A DNA stretch of 64,000 bases from Dendrobates tinctorius (Eukaryota): assembly GCF_039654945.1 (NCBI RefSeq), contig NW_027361863.1, positions 17,298,001 through 17,362,000 on the forward strand, written 5' to 3'. The notes under the pieces are model-generated. The model saw nothing but the letters and a program-made list of their open reading frames with translations. It was not told the DNA's origin and made no database searches. The translations under genes and the position numbers were made by a program. Positions 61,061 through 64,000 of the stretch are shown piece after piece (positions within the stretch are counted from its first letter, which is position 1; each line of letters begins with the position of its first letter).

Positions 61061-62697
61061 CAGTTATGCTCCAAAGTTTAAGTACCACCACAGAATTTTT
61101 GCTTTCTTGGCCTTATATCAGAGAATATGAATGATAACACCAAAACTTTTTCTCCACTCATGTTTAGTGGTTGGGTGAAGCCATTTATTGTCAGCCTACT
61201 GTGTTTTCCCTTTTTAAATCATTATGACAACCCAAAACATCCAAATAACACTGATAAAAAGTTTACATAACCCATTTCTTAATACCATGTATTGCCCCCT
61301 CTAACATCAATGACGCTGTCTCTTGACGTGTTTTGTGGTAGTTGTGGATGAGGTTATTTTCTCAGATAGTAAAGCCGCCCACTCTTCTTGACAAAAAAAC
61401 TCCAGTTCCTGTAAATTCCTGGGTTGTCTAGCATGAACTGCGTTCTTGAGATCTCCCCAGAATGGCTCAATGATATGGAGGTCAGGAGACTGAGATGGCC
61501 ACTCCAGAACCTTCACTTTGTTCTGCTGTAGCCAATGACAGGTCAGCTTGGCCTTGTGTTTTGGATCGTTGTCATGTTGGAACATCCAAGTACGTCCCAT
61601 GCGCAGCTTCCAGGCAAATTGCAAATTGATGATGATGATGATTGCAAATTTGCCTCCAGTATTTGCTGATAACATGATGCATTCTTTCCTTCAACTTTGA
61701 CCAAGTTTCCTGTGCCACACATCCCCAAAACATCAGCGATCCACTTCCATGCTTTACAGTAGGAATGGTGTTCCTTTCACCATAGTTCTTTTTAGCCTCT
61801 CTCCAAATGTAATGTTTATGGTTGTGGCCAAAAGGTTCAATTTTGGTCTCATCACTGCAAATTACCTTGTTCCAGAAGTTTTGAGGCTTGTGTCTGTGCT
61901 GTTTTGTGTATTGTAGGTGAGATACTTTGTGGCATTTGTGCACTAATGACTTTCTTCTGGCAACTCGATCATGCAGCCCATTTTTCTTCAAGTGCCTCCT
62001 TATTGTGCATCTTGAAACAGCCACACCGCTAGTTTTCAGAGAGTTCAGTATTTCAGCTGATGTTATTTGTGGGTTTTTCTTTGCATCCCGAACAATTTTC
62101 CTGGCATTTGTGGATGTCCGTGGCTTTTGTTTTTACAGAGCCCCTGATTTTCCATTTGTTAATCACAGTTTGAACGCTGTTGACTGGCATTATCAATTCC
62201 TTTGATATATTTTTGTATTCCTTACCTATTTTATACAGTTCAACTACCTTTTCCCATAGATCCATTGACAATTCTTTTGCTTTCCCCATGACTCACAATC
62301 CAGAAATGTCAGTGGCTTGATGAAAGATGCAAGAGTCTATCTGGATCCCAAAAACTCACTCAGCTTTTATGCACACACAAACACACACACACACGCAAAC
62401 AGGTCACATGTGAGGATGTTACCTTTAGTAGCTATTCAAACCCATTTGTGTCAACTTCTGTGCATGTTATCAGGCCAAATCACCAGGGTATGTAAACTTT
62501 TGATCAGGGTCATTTGGATGTTTTGGGTTGTCAGTATGATTTAAAAAGAGAAAACACAGTAGTTTGACAATAAATGGCTTCACCCAACCACTAACCATGA
62601 GTGGAGAAAAAGTTTTGGTGTTATCACTCATATTCTGTGAAAAAATGCCAAGAAAGCAAAAATTCTGCTGGGGTATGTAAACTTTTGAGCACAACTG
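61061..62697 (-). mobile_element. Tc1 element with ~215-bp TIRs and degenerate transposase
   Basis: CAGTTATGCTCCAAAGTTT ... AAACTTTTGAGCACAACTG|TA; [23 protein letters not shown] and SPDLHIIE in shifted frames. Confidence 0.93.
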
Positions 62698-64000
62698 TAC
62701 ATTACTTATCCTGTCCTCAGTTACGTCCATTATTATACTCCAGAGCTGCACTCACTGTCTCTCATCAGAGCTTGCATCATAGATTAGCATTCGTAGCAGT
62801 GTAGAAAATAGTTAGGAAGTCAATTTAGCAAACAGCGTCTTATATCTCAGCTTCCTGATCTGTGATTTCCATGTCAAGGAATGGGATATCTGAGAGTTAC
62901 TCTCATTTGATAGATATTGCAATAAATGAACCAATGACTTTACTCAAAAGTTATATTTTGTTACCCCTGAAAACCATCCACTAGATGTCTCCCTTTTGTG
63001 TAATTTGCTGGCCACTGCCTGTTGCGAAGTGTAATCCAACAACAGCGAAAACACCAAGACAGATTACAGGAAATGAGGCCGGATCTTTATCTCTCTACAG
63101 GAAGTGGGGATGGACATTTCTTTCTCTCTGCTCCTGCTCTTATGCAAATATATGACATCAAGTGAAGGGAAATGACATTCCAGCACCCATAGTGCTGGCA
63201 GAATACTGATGAAAAAGAACTACCCATTCAAAATGAGAGGGTGCCAAACCAGAAAGCACAAGAATCGTGAGAGTTCCCATACATATTAGACTGGAATGTG
63301 CTTAAACATTTACGCTTGTGATGAATGAGGGTAGGTGCGCTTTACCGCACTGATTGGTATTGCAGACATACGGTATTACATTTATTAGTAAAAAAAACCC
63401 TTTAACACCTTTCTGCCATGAAACATACTGGTACAGCACCATCTTTATACGCACAGTGATATCCACCTTGTAGCTGAAATTCAGACGATCGCAAGTTCAG
63501 GTCCTCTGAAAGGACTAAAATATAAAGTAAAATAATAAAAACATTTAAAAAAAAAAAACAATTTGAATCACCCCTCCGACACGCACATCTTTTACCCAAT
63601 TAATATTAAAGAGGAAAATAGACGTTTGGTATCGTTACGTCCGTAAAAGTCTGATCTATCAAAATGTAATTTGACACAAATGGTGAACACCATAATATCA
63701 ACAAAAGTTACAGGAAAATTACTGATTTCAGGCAATGGAGACACAAAACAAACTTTTTTTGTTAAGAAAATTCCACATTTTTTTGTACCACTTACTGTAA
63801 GTGAAATAAAAAAAAACAAAACTATACAAGTGTGAAATCAACGCAATCGGACAGACATGGAGAATCATGTTGCAAGTCCTTTATAGCACAAAATGGTAAA
63901 AAAAGAAAAAAAAATGATAGTGGAATCAGATGTTTTGTTATTTTTTTTATTTTTTATTTTACTGCTCTTTATTTTTTTCCCCCATTTTCCAGTACATTGA

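Noticed and set aside
54880-64000. GNB3 coding exons
   Set aside because: Searched by eye for MGEMEQ/WD40 exons and found none in this window.

Overview
Eukaryotic genomic DNA, vertebrate and very probably a frog (anuran), judged from the satellites, MITEs, Tc1, L2 and Penelope families. It is not prokaryotic. Two intact spliced genes lie on the + strand. (1) A 5-exon, 263-aa TPRG1/TPRG1L-family gene (8292-13591). (2) Directly downstream, a 15-exon, 675-aa prolyl 3-hydroxylase 3 gene (P3H3/LEPREL2, 16146-32991) ending in RDEL. A possible non-coding first exon of the next gene (GNB3 by synteny, unproven) ends at ~54871. The rest is repeat-rich: a Penelope-like retroelement, five Tc1/mariner copies (one nearly intact), three copies of one L2 LINE family, a full-length Gypsy LTR retrotransposon (CAGT TSD, tRNA-Ser PBS), several PIF/Harbinger-type MITEs and about 12 tandem-repeat arrays. 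Most long ORFs in the track are repeat artefacts. Main points of interest: the TPRG1-like gene may be a third ohnolog retained on the P3H3 paralogon; several tandem arrays around the two genes are multimers of transcription-factor motifs (divergent CTCF clusters, DMRT/MYB/SOX array at the P3H3 promoter, 12 CRE palindromes), some apparently amplified from MITE ends; inverted L2 copies flank an in-frame 306-nt exon block (circRNA or exon-skipping candidate); and the Gypsy element has a U5-PBS/AUG hairpin.
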